The notes beneath the pieces are model-generated. The model did not search any database. It worked only from the letters and a program-made list of their open reading frames with translations, and was not told where the DNA came from. Below are positions 14,963 to 23,035 of a DNA stretch of 36,930 nucleotides, in pieces (the stretch's first letter is position 1; every line of letters begins with the position of its first letter). A program made the translations under genes and the position numbers. Origin of the DNA: a virus (taxonomy: Duplodnaviria > Caudoviricetes); the IMG/VR virus record IMGVR_UViG_3300037461_000142, positions 1 through 36,930 of that record; one strand, 5' to 3'.

Positions 14963-17461
14963 TCAGATCGGGCCATCGTCGTCCGCTCCAGCCATCGCGG
15001 GGGCCTGCGAGTGATGCGATGCGCCGCTTGGCGCGCTCTTGTTGCCGCTACCGTGCTGCGCGAAGGGCGATGTCATCTCGGCCCACTCCTTGAGCGCGGC
15101 GGTGAAGTCGTTGATCGCCTTGCTGAGGTCGGCCTTGCTGGCCGGCGCATCGACGCCGGTTGGGTGCAGCACCTGGCTCTGCACTTCGCGCGTCATGCTG
15201 TGGTGCAGGAAGTGACGCTCGCGCGCCTTGCGCACGCCTGGGCGCTTGACCCAAGACCCGATGCAGGTGTTCAGCTGCGCTGGCTTGCTCACGCCCTGCA
15301 GGCGGCACCAGTGGGCATAGGCGCGGTACAGGTCCTCTGTGCGCACGCTGCACACCGGCAGCAGCAGGTGCTTGCCGGTCCACTCCAGCCAGAAGCGGTC
15401 GGAGCTGTCGGCGCCGAGCTCGATCAGCTCAGTCTTGGCCGCCGTCATGGGCGGCAGCGTGGCCGGGCCGAATTCTCCGAGGTCAATCTCCAGCAGGTGC
15501 TGGTGCAGCGCCGCGGCGCCGCCGGCGCGCACCTCGGCGATCACCGCGTTGTACATGGCCGCGTCCCACTTGGGCGGGGTCCAGATGACCGCGTATCGCC
15601 GATCGTCGCGCTCGAGCGCCATCGGCTGCGTCTCGTTGCTCAGGAAGACCAGGTTGATGTGGTTGCGCTCGTGGTAGCGCGCCATGAACTTCGCATTGAT
15701 CGGGATGCTGTCGCCGGTCACCAGCCCCTTGAGCTTGTTCTTTTGGTGGAACATCTCCTGCCGCGCCACCACCTCGTCGGCGATGATGAAGAGCTTGCGG
15801 CTCGCCCAGTCGTTGTACTTGTCCTCGACGGTGTCCTGGTCCACCACCTTGCCGTAGGGGCCGAAGACCTGGAGGTGCGTCTCCCAGAAGAGGTTCTTGC
15901 CGGTGCCCTGGGGGCCGTGCATGATCACGGCCGTCTTCATCTTCGCGCCCGGGTGCTGCACTGGATAGGCCATCCAGCAGCGCAGCCAGCGCCACAGCTC
16001 GGCCGCCTTCGGCTCGAGGCTGCACAGGTACTCGCCCAGCTCGAGGATACGATCGCAGCGCCCCGGCCGCGGCCTGGTGGGCCAGCCTGACCACATGTTG
16101 CAGCGGATGCTGGTGTCGGTTCCGGCGGGGTCGAAGCCCACCTCATCGATGCGCACGATGCGCTTGTCGGGCGACTCCATCCAACGCCTGTGGATCTGCC
16201 GGCTCACGCACAAGTTGCGCATGCTCGCCAGCGGCACCATGCGGTGCTCCTGGCCGTCGAAGACCGTCTCCGCAGCCTCGTACACCAGCCAGAAGCGCTC
16301 GTGCAGCTCGCTCTCGTGCATGATGCTGCGCAGGCATGGTCGGCCGCCTTCGTCGCCCTCCCCTTCCCCGCTCGAGGAGGAGGCCGGCGCGCGCTGGCGC
16401 GGCAGGGTCTTCAGCACCGGCTCCAGGGCTCGCTCGATCTGGGCGCGCACGACGTGCAGCCCCTCGGCCAGGTGCAGGTCGTTAAAGTCGGTCGGGCCCT
16501 TCTTGTCGACGGGCCTGGCGCCCGCGAACCGCGGCAGCACCCACGTGATGCCATCGGCCAGCACCGACGTTGCCTGAGCCGCCGCCACTCCGGCGTTGCC
16601 GGCCTGGTGCGGCTGCCCGCAGTGCGCGCAGGTGGCCGCCTCGGTTGGCGTGAGCTCGCCGCAGGCGCGGCACTTGCCAAGGTAGTCGTCGTCGGCCAGC
16701 ACCAGCAGGCGGAGCTTGGGCCAGCGCGCGCGCAGCGCCGTCGCCACGTGCATCAGGTTGCCGGCGTCGAAGGCCACCGCCACGGGCAGCCCAACGGCCT
16801 CGAACGCGCTGGCCGCGGTGGCGTAGCCCTCGGCAAGCATGCAGACGCCGGAGCTCGCCGGCGAGCCGATCGGGAAAAAGTGGCCCTGCTTCGCGATGCC
16901 TGGCGGCCAGAAGTCCTTGTCGCGCCCGGTGCGCTTGACCTTGGGGTGTCCCCGCGGGTAGATGGCCTGCAGGCCCCAGACCTTGGCGTGCGCGTCGAGC
17001 AACGGCAGGATCATCGCGCCGCTGGGCGCGAATCGCACGCCGTGCGGGGCGACGCCCTTGCGCTGCAGGTACTCGCTCTCGCCGTCGGGCGACAGGCGCT
17101 GCCACATGGCCTGGGCCCGGGCCGCCGCGCGCTCGATCTCGCCGCGACGCTGGGCCTCGGCCGCCTTGCGGTCTGCCTTGATGCGCGCCGCCAGTGCGGT
17201 TTGCTGCTCCGTGCTGAGCGACTCGCTCCGCTCGAGCTTGATCTTCTGCGCCCCGTTGTCGTTCCCGCGCCAGACGCCGTAGCTGCCGACGAGCAGGGAG
17301 CCGCCGGAGGTGCGCGGCATCTCGTGCAGGTGGTACCACCCCCGGCGCTCGCGATCGTCCGCCACCCGGCACCGCACGAGGCGGCCGACGACCAGGCCCT
17401 CGACCAGCAGCCCCTCGGCCCGCAGCTGGCCGAGCACCTGGTCGTAGTTGGACTGGTTCAC
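14963..17461 (-). CDS. Primase-helicase (TOPRIM + SF3 helicase, P4 alpha-like)
   Basis: AEGYATA, AFDAGNL, ADDD, TDFNDL; Walker A GPQGTGKN; Walker B IIADE; DDRRY. Confidence 0.93.
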   Translation of the reverse strand: MNQSNYDQVLGQLRAEGLLVEGLVVGRLVRCRVADDRERRGWYHLHEMPRTSGGSLLVGSYGVWRGNDNGAQKIKLERSESLSTEQQTALAARIKADRKAAEAQRRGEIERAAARAQAMWQRLSPDGESEYLQRKGVAPHGVRFAPSGAMILPLLDAHAKVWGLQAIYPRGHPKVKRTGRDKDFWPPGIAKQGHFFPIGSPASSGVCMLAEGYATAASAFEAVGLPVAVAFDAGNLMHVATALRARWPKLRLLVLADDDYLGKCRACGELTPTEAATCAHCGQPHQAGNAGVAAAQATSVLADGITWVLPRFAGARPVDKKGPTDFNDLHLAEGLHVVRAQIERALEPVLKTLPRQRAPASSSSGEGEGDEGGRPCLRSIMHESELHERFWLVYEAAETVFDGQEHRMVPLASMRNLCVSRQIHRRWMESPDKRIVRIDEVGFDPAGTDTSIRCNMWSGWPTRPRPGRCDRILELGEYLCSLEPKAAELWRWLRCWMAYPVQHPGAKMKTAVIMHGPQGTGKNLFWETHLQVFGPYGKVVDQDTVEDKYNDWASRKLFIIADEVVARQEMFHQKNKLKGLVTGDSIPINAKFMARYHERNHINLVFLSNETQPMALERDDRRYAVIWTPPKWDAAMYNAVIAEVRAGGAAALHQHLLEIDLGEFGPATLPPMTAAKTELIELGADSSDRFWLEWTGKHLLLPVCSVRTEDLYRAYAHWCRLQGVSKPAQLNTCIGSWVKRPGVRKARERHFLHHSMTREVQSQVLHPTGVDAPASKADLSKAINDFTAALKEWAEMTSPFAQHGSGNKSAPSGASHHSQAPAMAGADDDGPI

Positions 17462-17859
17462 CCGGCTGAACCCCCACTGACTACAGACTGCTCGGGGGCC
17501 GAATCACCCGCGTCTGCAGGGGCCAGGAAGGACCCATCGACCGGCGCTCCATCGTTCACCGCGTGCAGTGAACGCGATGCGGCAGCGCCCGCGATCTCCA
17601 ATTCTGCAGGGGAACGGGGCCAGGCTGCGCCGGCTTGGCGCTGCTGCCATGCGGCACGCACGTCGTGGATCAGCTTGTCGGCGGCCACGTCACCTCTGTG
17701 CTGGCGCACGCCCTTGACGCTTCGGCCATCGACGAGCCCGCCCTCGATGTAGGCCCGGCGCGCCTCACGCGACGGCAGGGCCAAGACCCAGCGAACCTCG
17801 CACTCATGGCGATGCTCTTCGCTGTAGGTGTAGCCGAGCCACTGCCGAAGCGGCTTCAC
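17458..17859 (-). CDS. Hypothetical protein
   Basis: GTGA overlaps at both ends; SEEHRHECEVRWVL. Confidence 0.6.
   Translation of the reverse strand: MKPLRQWLGYTYSEEHRHECEVRWVLALPSREARRAYIEGGLVDGRSVKGVRQHRGDVAADKLIHDVRAAWQQRQAGAAWPRSPAELEIAGAAASRSLHAVNDGAPVDGSFLAPADAGDSAPEQSVVSGGSAG
17493..17535 (-). other. Putative cos site (cosQ-like GGGTCCT plus CGGG-N10-CCCG dyad)
   Basis: Minus strand reads GGGTCCT-18 nt-CGGGTGATTCGGCCCCCG. Lambda cosQ is GGGTCCT about 17 bp before cosN, and the terminase is lambda-type. Confidence 0.55.
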
Positions 17860-18122
17860 TCGGCGCGGCTGACGCCAGGAGGCCTGCCGCAGACCAGACT
17901 CCCGGCCGCTCCCCGGCAATCCCGGCTGCTCCCGTCGATTCCCAGGCGCCGCGCTTCGTCGGCCAGCATCATGGCCGCATGCAACTCACGCCGCACCTCA
18001 CGCACCAGCACGGCCTCGGCCCACTCGCACAGATCCAGGCCCATGACGTCGGTGAGCAGCCTCATGGCGGCGTGGTCGTCCGGGTTGACCTTGAGCCGAA
18101 GGTCCTTCCTCTCGAGCGTCAT
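17856..18122 (-). CDS. Hypothetical protein, possible ribbon-helix-helix regulator in the cII position
   Basis: RKDLRLKV strand followed by two helices; downstream of cro. Confidence 0.55.
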   Translation of the reverse strand: MTLERKDLRLKVNPDDHAAMRLLTDVMGLDLCEWAEAVLVREVRRELHAAMMLADEARRLGIDGSSRDCRGAAGSLVCGRPPGVSRAE

Positions 18123-18328
18123 CTCCGCACCTCGCGGTTGCCGTACTCCCGCAGCCACTCGCCCAACGTGCGGGCTGCTGCCGCCGCCTGCACGTCGCAG
18201 CGCCGGCCGCCGAGCTGCTCGGCCAGGTCGCGCTCCACGCGCCAGATGCCACGGCTCGACGACGCCTCGGAGAAGCGCCTGATCACCCCGGCGATAGCTG
18301 TCGCTTCACGCTGCACGCTGTGCCCCAT
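18119..18328 (-). CDS. Hypothetical protein (start uncertain)
   Basis: Fills the gap; stop overlaps the next ATG. Confidence 0.35.
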   Translation of the reverse strand: MGHSVQREATAIAGVIRRFSEASSSRGIWRVERDLAEQLGGRRCDVQAAAAARTLGEWLREYGNREVRR

Positions 18329-18533
18329 CCTGCAGTGGTTCTGGCGCCTGGATGATCTGGAGCGCGATCGCGAGAGCGCGCACCTTGCTGTAGCCGGGAT
18401 CGTTCTCGCGCGATCGGATGCGCAGGACCGTGTCGTAGCTGATCCCGGCCTTTCGCGCGATGCGCGACAGCTCGCCTCGGCGCGCTTGCAACTCATCGAC
18501 GACGGCGTCGAGCAGGTCTGTCTGTGGGGCCAT
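18306..18533 (-). CDS. Cro-like HTH regulator
   Basis: LSRIARKAGISYDTVLRI...NDPG; divergent from the repressor. Confidence 0.85.
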   Translation of the reverse strand: MAPQTDLLDAVVDELQARRGELSRIARKAGISYDTVLRIRSRENDPGYSKVRALAIALQIIQAPEPLQDGAQRAA

Positions 18534-18541
18534 CGGCGCGC

Positions 18542-18583
18542 ATCATAGGCACATCTGCCTCAACGCGCAAGGCACGAATGCCG
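18542..18583 (-). promoter_or_regulatory. PR-like promoter with two repressor operators
   Basis: TTGCGC-17-TATGAT on the minus strand; GGCA-N4-TGCC dyads at 18547-18560 and 18570-18583. Confidence 0.8.
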
Positions 18584-18625
18584 CACCCGGTCGGTCACGA
18601 TCGAGAGGTGCCTCCTCCACCAGTC

Positions 18626-18946
18626 ATGCAGACCTTGGCGCGGAACCTGTCCGCCTTGATGCAGGCCCACCCGACGCTGCGCACGCAAGCCGGCGTGGCC
18701 CGGGCCGCCGGCGTCGATCAGCGCACCGTCGGCCGCGTCCTCAACATGGAGCACGCGCCGAGCGTCGCACAGCTTGAGAAGCTGGCCGGCGCCTTCCATG
18801 TCGAGGCGTGGCTCCTACTCCTGCCAGAGCTCGATCCTGCCGACCTCCCGGCACAGGTGCTGACACGCTCGCAGGCCGGCGCGTGGACAAGCCTGCGGAT
18901 CGCCGCGGAGTCGATCGCCAAGTACGGTAAGGATGGGCGGGGCTAG
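18626..18946 (+). CDS. CI-like XRE repressor without an S24 autopeptidase domain (alternative start 18578)
   Basis: LARNLSALM...TQAGVARAAGVDQRTVGRVL...PSVAQLEKLAGAF. Confidence 0.85.
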   Translation: MQTLARNLSALMQAHPTLRTQAGVARAAGVDQRTVGRVLNMEHAPSVAQLEKLAGAFHVEAWLLLLPELDPADLPAQVLTRSQAGAWTSLRIAAESIAKYGKDGRG

Positions 18947-19245
18947 CGTGGCGTTCTCACGTCAAGCTCGACACCTACCAGGTTGCGAACCTCGAGTGGC
19001 AGCCAAGGCCGTAGAAGCACAGCCGGCGCGCCGAGCAGGATCAGGCACACACACAGCATGCCGGACACAGACAGAGGGATTGCCCGGTCGCCGGCCAGAT
19101 ACTGGCGCATGGTACGCGGCGCCACTCCAGCGAGCTCGGCAGCGCGGGCCTGTGTGATGCCGCCGCGCTCGATGATGTCGCGCAGCTGGGCCGGAGTCAT
19201 GCGCTGCTGCGCAGACCCCGGTTTGCGGCCGGGGTGGTTGGTCAT
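18943..19245 (-). CDS. HTH regulator, Aca1-like (100 aa)
   Basis: PAQLRDIIERGGITQARAAELAGVAPRTMRQYLAGD; second gene of a two-gene operon with a palindromic operator. Confidence 0.8.
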   Translation of the reverse strand: MTNHPGRKPGSAQQRMTPAQLRDIIERGGITQARAAELAGVAPRTMRQYLAGDRAIPLSVSGMLCVCLILLGAPAVLLRPWLPLEVRNLVGVELDVRTPR

Positions 19246-19246
19246 G

Positions 19247-19486
19247 TCAGTCAATCCAGCGGATCGACTTGCCCGCGCTGCCCCCAACCTGCGCAAGCAC
19301 CTTGCGGCCCTTGCGGATTCGGAGGTCGATTCGCATTCCGTCGGACAGTACACGCTCTTGATCCGCCGCGAAGCCCTCGAAATACTCGCGCGCGCCCGCG
19401 AGGTCGGCGAACCGGCGTGCGCCGAAACCGAACCAATGGCCTTGCGCGCCGCGCCCGAACTTCTCGACTTCGTACTGGGTGCTCAT
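19247..19486 (-). CDS. Unknown 79-aa protein, candidate anti-CRISPR / anti-defence factor
   Basis: AGGAG RBS, own strong promoter, 1 bp upstream of the Aca1-like gene. The function is inferred from context only. Confidence 0.7.
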   Translation of the reverse strand: MSTQYEVEKFGRGAQGHWFGFGARRFADLAGAREYFEGFAADQERVLSDGMRIDLRIRKGRKVLAQVGGSAGKSIRWID

Positions 19487-19545
19487 TTCACTTCTCCTGC
19501 CCACTGCCCGGGGCCCGGGTCGCAGCACCTTGCTGCGATGGGTGT

Positions 19546-19574
19546 ACTATAGGCGCATTGCGCCTATTCGTCAA
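19546..19574 (-). promoter_or_regulatory. Strong sigma70 promoter with a palindromic operator in the spacer
   Basis: TTGACG-17-TATAGT; perfect dyad ATAGGCGCA-T-TGCGCCTAT at 19549-19567. Confidence 0.88.
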
Positions 19575-19610
19575 GCATGTCGATACTAGGGAAAACCCTA
19601 ATACCTAGTC

Positions 19611-19652
19611 TGGCAGATTTGCCTTGACGTGATAGGCATTCGTGCCTAGACT
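19611..19652 (+). promoter_or_regulatory. PL-like promoter with two repressor operators
   Basis: TTGACG(19624)-17-TAGACT(19647); GGCA-N4-TGCC dyads at 19611-19624 and 19634-19647. Confidence 0.85.
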
Positions 19653-19690
19653 GCTCTCCACGCGCTGCCCCACGGCGCGAGGAGACGCAG

Positions 19691-19945
19691 GTGAGCCGAC
19701 TTCTTGACTCAGCGCTGGACGCCGAGCGGCTGCTCGACGTGCTGGCGCACGATGCGCGCCCCGCTGCGCTGCTGCATCCGGCGGCCTTGCACTTCGACTC
19801 AGCCGAGGCCGCGCTACGAGCCGGCCGGCGCGCCTTTGCGCACGGCTGGATGCTCGATGCGCAGGACTACGTAGAGCTCGCGCGCAGCTACTTGGCCGAT
19901 GCGCTGACGGCCATCGCGTTGCCGGCCATCGGGAGCCCGGCATGA
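19691..19945 (+). CDS. Hypothetical early protein
   Basis: GAGGAG RBS; first gene after the PL-like promoter. Confidence 0.7.
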   Translation: MSRLLDSALDAERLLDVLAHDARPAALLHPAALHFDSAEAALRAGRRAFAHGWMLDAQDYVELARSYLADALTAIALPAIGSPA

Positions 19946-20178
19946 CGCAGCAGCTCATGTTGGCGTTGACGGAATCCGACGGCCCGGCAGACGCTGGCGG
20001 CCCGCGCGCGTGGGCCCTGTACAGCGGCACGCCACGGCACCCCCACCGCTGGCTCGCCATGGTCGCGCCGGCGGAGTTCCAGCGCGATGCGGTGTGGACA
20101 GGCACCACGGTGCACCGCGACACATCCTCGGCGATCGCCGAGGCAGCAGCGCAGCTTGCGCGCCGGGAGGCCGCATGA
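19942..20178 (+). CDS. Hypothetical early protein
   Basis: ATGA coupling at both ends. Confidence 0.65.
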   Translation: MTQQLMLALTESDGPADAGGPRAWALYSGTPRHPHRWLAMVAPAEFQRDAVWTGTTVHRDTSSAIAEAAAQLARREAA

Positions 20179-20342
20179 CGCCGCGCACCTTGGCGGAGTG
20201 CAGGTTCGAGGTCGGCTACTCCGCGGCCGACCACCCCAGGCGCCCAGTGCCGCTTGGCGAGCGAGTCGCCGGCGTGGTGCTGGCCACGGTGATCGGCATC
20301 CTCCTGGCGGCCGCCGCCGTCCACTGGTGGAGCGCGACGTGA
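20175..20342 (+). CDS. Small membrane protein
   Basis: GGAGG RBS; C-terminal TM segment VAGVVLATVIGILLAAAAVHWW. Confidence 0.65.
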   Translation: MTPRTLAECRFEVGYSAADHPRRPVPLGERVAGVVLATVIGILLAAAAVHWWSAT

Positions 20343-20566
20343 TGGACCGCCACTACGTCGCCCCCTCGATCTCGCGCACCGGCTGCGTCTACCAGCAGCC
20401 GCGCGACGAGCAGCTCGTCGACGGATTCGACATCGACGCGAACGGCCGGTGGACGCCCGCCAGCGGCGCACTCGACGCGCCCGAGTGGATCGGCACCGGC
20501 TCGATCCGTGGCGAGCAGCTCGCCGGGATCGTCCTGGGAATCGCCAACAGGAGGAGAGGCACATGA
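20342..20566 (+). CDS. Hypothetical early protein
   Basis: TGATG coupling; MDRHYVAPS... Confidence 0.55.
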   Translation: MDRHYVAPSISRTGCVYQQPRDEQLVDGFDIDANGRWTPASGALDAPEWIGTGSIRGEQLAGIVLGIANRRRGT

Positions 20567-20877
20567 CCAAACTCGACCTCGGGCCGCCCGCCGAGCCCTA
20601 CAGCTTCGCCGAACTGTGCCGTCGCAATCCAGGATGGATGGGCGACTTCGCCGACACCATCCCGACAGCACCCGGCCATCTCGACGACAAGCCGACCACC
20701 TGGCCCGCATGCGGCGGCGCGTGCGCCGAGCGTGCGCGCCCGTGCCCGACGCCGCGCCAGTGCTGGCTGGTCGAGCGCGAGGACGACGGCATCGAAGTCG
20801 TCCGGGGCCTGCTGTGGACCCTGGGGCTGACCGCTGCCGTCGCTGCGGCCGGGCTGCTGGTGGCGTACCTGATCTGA
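20563..20877 (+). CDS. Membrane-anchored protein with Cys cluster
   Basis: AGGAGG RBS; CGGACAERARPCPTPRQC followed by a C-terminal TM segment. Confidence 0.65.
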   Translation: MTKLDLGPPAEPYSFAELCRRNPGWMGDFADTIPTAPGHLDDKPTTWPACGGACAERARPCPTPRQCWLVEREDDGIEVVRGLLWTLGLTAAVAAAGLLVAYLI

Positions 20878-20936
20878 TCGAAGCGAAATGACAGTGGCAC
20901 GCCGACCGCCATTCAGGACCCCAACAGGAGATTGCG

Positions 20937-21773
20937 ATGCAAGAGCGTAACCAGGAAGTGCATGGCGGCAGGGACAAGATCGATCGCCACGACTGGAAGG
21001 TGCTGGACCAGCCAGGCGTACTGCGCATGCTGAACAAGAAGGTGCTGCGCGTTGATGATCAGTACCAGCGCGAGGCCACTGAGCCGAAGGTGAAGGAGAT
21101 TGCGCGGGCGTGGAGCTGGCTGGCGTGCGGCGCGCTGCTGGTGGCCGAACGCGAAGGCGTGTACTTCGTGTTCGACGGCCAACACCGCGCGCTGGCGGCC
21201 CTGCGGCGCAGCGACATCACGTATCTGCCATGCGTGGTGTTCAGCACCGCGGGCTCGAAGGAAGAAGCGGAGGCGTTTCTGCGCGCCAACACGAACCGCA
21301 AGCCGCTGAACAGCCTGGCCAAGTTTCGCGCGGCCACGACTGCTGAGCAGCCGGCGGCAGTACTGGTTCGGCAACTGATCGACGCGGTGGGGCGCACTGC
21401 TTCAGACTCCGCGAAGGGCACTACGGTCAGATGCCTGTCACTGATGATGACCCACGCGCAAAAACAGCCTGAGATTCTGAAGCGGGTGTGGCCGCTGATC
21501 GCCGAGGTGTGCATCGGCAGGCCAGTGCACGAGCGCATTCTGGACGGGTTGATCTACATCGAGAACAACCTGCCGGAAGGCGAAAGCCTGCAGGACAAGG
21601 AATGGCGGAAGCGTGTGCTGCGCGTCAGCTACGACGGCCTGCTTGGCGCTGCAAACCGCTTCGCCGTTACCTACGTCAAGGGCGGCGCGAAGATCTGGGC
21701 ACTTGGCATGGTGGATGCGATGAACAAGGGATGCCGCATTCACATGAAGCTGGCGGGCCAGAAAGAGGACTAA
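20937..21773 (+). CDS. ParB/Srx-superfamily protein (DGQHR motif, DUF6551-like)
   Basis: LRVDDQYQR...YFVFDGQHRALAA...LPCVVF...EAEAF..AN. Confidence 0.8.
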   Translation: MQERNQEVHGGRDKIDRHDWKVLDQPGVLRMLNKKVLRVDDQYQREATEPKVKEIARAWSWLACGALLVAEREGVYFVFDGQHRALAALRRSDITYLPCVVFSTAGSKEEAEAFLRANTNRKPLNSLAKFRAATTAEQPAAVLVRQLIDAVGRTASDSAKGTTVRCLSLMMTHAQKQPEILKRVWPLIAEVCIGRPVHERILDGLIYIENNLPEGESLQDKEWRKRVLRVSYDGLLGAANRFAVTYVKGGAKIWALGMVDAMNKGCRIHMKLAGQKED

Positions 21774-21779
21774 CTGCAC

Positions 21780-22343
21780 ATGACCCGCCCCTACCTCATC
21801 GGCCTCACCGGCCGCGCCGGCGCCGGCAAGTCCACCGTGGCCGCGTACCTCGAGGACGAGCATGCGTTCGAGCACCGCGCGTTCGCCGACCCGATCCTCG
21901 AGATGATCTGCACGCTCTTCGCGCACTGCGGCATCGACGGCGCCCACGCCATTGAGCGCAACCTGAAGGAGCTGCCGACGGCGCTGGGCTTCAGCTACCG
22001 AGAGCTCGCCCAGGAGCTCGGCACGGGCTGGGGCCGCCGGCTCTCGGAATCGTTCTGGCTGCGCGCCGCAGAGCTGGCGCTCGACGGCGCCATGGAGCGC
22101 GGCGACGACATCGTGATCAGCGACGTGCGCTTCCCCAACGAGGCCGACTGGATCCGGCAGCGCGGCGGCGTGATCGTGCGCGTGTTCCGCAACGATCTGC
22201 CGCCGGTGCGCGCGCACGAGAGCGAGGCGCACGTCGACACGATCGGTTCCACCTGGGCGCTGTACAACTTCGGCAGCTTGGAGACCCTGTGCGACCAGGT
22301 CGACCGGATGCTCGACGAGCTGCAGAAGGACGACGGCAGATGA
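21780..22343 (+). CDS. Deoxynucleoside monophosphate kinase
   Basis: IGLTGRAGAGKST, FADP, QELGT.WGR, VISDVRFPNEA, H.SE. Confidence 0.9.
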   Translation: MTRPYLIGLTGRAGAGKSTVAAYLEDEHAFEHRAFADPILEMICTLFAHCGIDGAHAIERNLKELPTALGFSYRELAQELGTGWGRRLSESFWLRAAELALDGAMERGDDIVISDVRFPNEADWIRQRGGVIVRVFRNDLPPVRAHESEAHVDTIGSTWALYNFGSLETLCDQVDRMLDELQKDDGR

Positions 22344-23035
22344 CACGGCATCGTCCACGCCACCAGCGCCACCAGTGGACCACGTACGAAGAGCAGTTCC
22401 TGCGCGACTGGTATCCGCATGTGATGACTGCCACGCTGGCCGACGCGCTCGGCCTGGCCGCCAAGCGTGTCCACTCCAGAGCCTTCCAGCTGGGCCTGCG
22501 CAAGAGCCGCGACCTAGTGGTTGAGATGGCGCTGGAGAACGCCCGCCGCCCAGATCACGGCGGCATCGCCACGCGGTTCAAGCCCGGGATGGTGCCGTGG
22601 AACAAGGGACACAGCTACGTCGCCGGCGGCCGCAGCGCCGAGACTCGCTTCGAGGCTGGCCGGCAGCCGCACGAGGCCCGCAACTACTGCCCCATCGGCA
22701 GCCTGCGCATCACCACCAATGGAGTGCTTGAGCGCAAGGTCACCGACGACCAGCGCATCGTGCCGGCCCGTCGCTGGGTGGCGGTGGCGCGCCTGGTCTG
22801 GGAGGCCACGCACGGGCCGGTGCCAGCCGGGCATGCCGTGGTCTTCCGCCCAGGCATGAAGACGACAGAGGTCGAGCGCATCACACCGGACGCGCTCGAG
22901 CTCGTCACCCGCGCCGAGCTGCTGGCCCGCAACAGCGTGCACCGCTACCCGCCTGAGTTGGCGCGCCTGGTGCAGCTGCGCGGCGCGCTCAACAGGCGCA
23001 TCAACGATCAGATCAGGAAGAGAGGACAGTCATGA
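22340..23035 (+). CDS. HNH-family protein, possibly catalytically degenerate
   Basis: N-terminal WT..EE.FL HTH, RFKPGMVPWNKG, and RLVWEATHGPVPAGH...LELVTRAELLARNS. Confidence 0.75.
   Translation: MTRHRPRHQRHQWTTYEEQFLRDWYPHVMTATLADALGLAAKRVHSRAFQLGLRKSRDLVVEMALENARRPDHGGIATRFKPGMVPWNKGHSYVAGGRSAETRFEAGRQPHEARNYCPIGSLRITTNGVLERKVTDDQRIVPARRWVAVARLVWEATHGPVPAGHAVVFRPGMKTTEVERITPDALELVTRAELLARNSVHRYPPELARLVQLRGALNRRINDQIRKRGQS

Noticed and set aside
19487-19545. RNA anti-CRISPR (solitary CRISPR repeat) in the cassette leader
   Set aside because: The hairpins do not convincingly match the type I-C, I-E or I-F repeat consensus that I recall.
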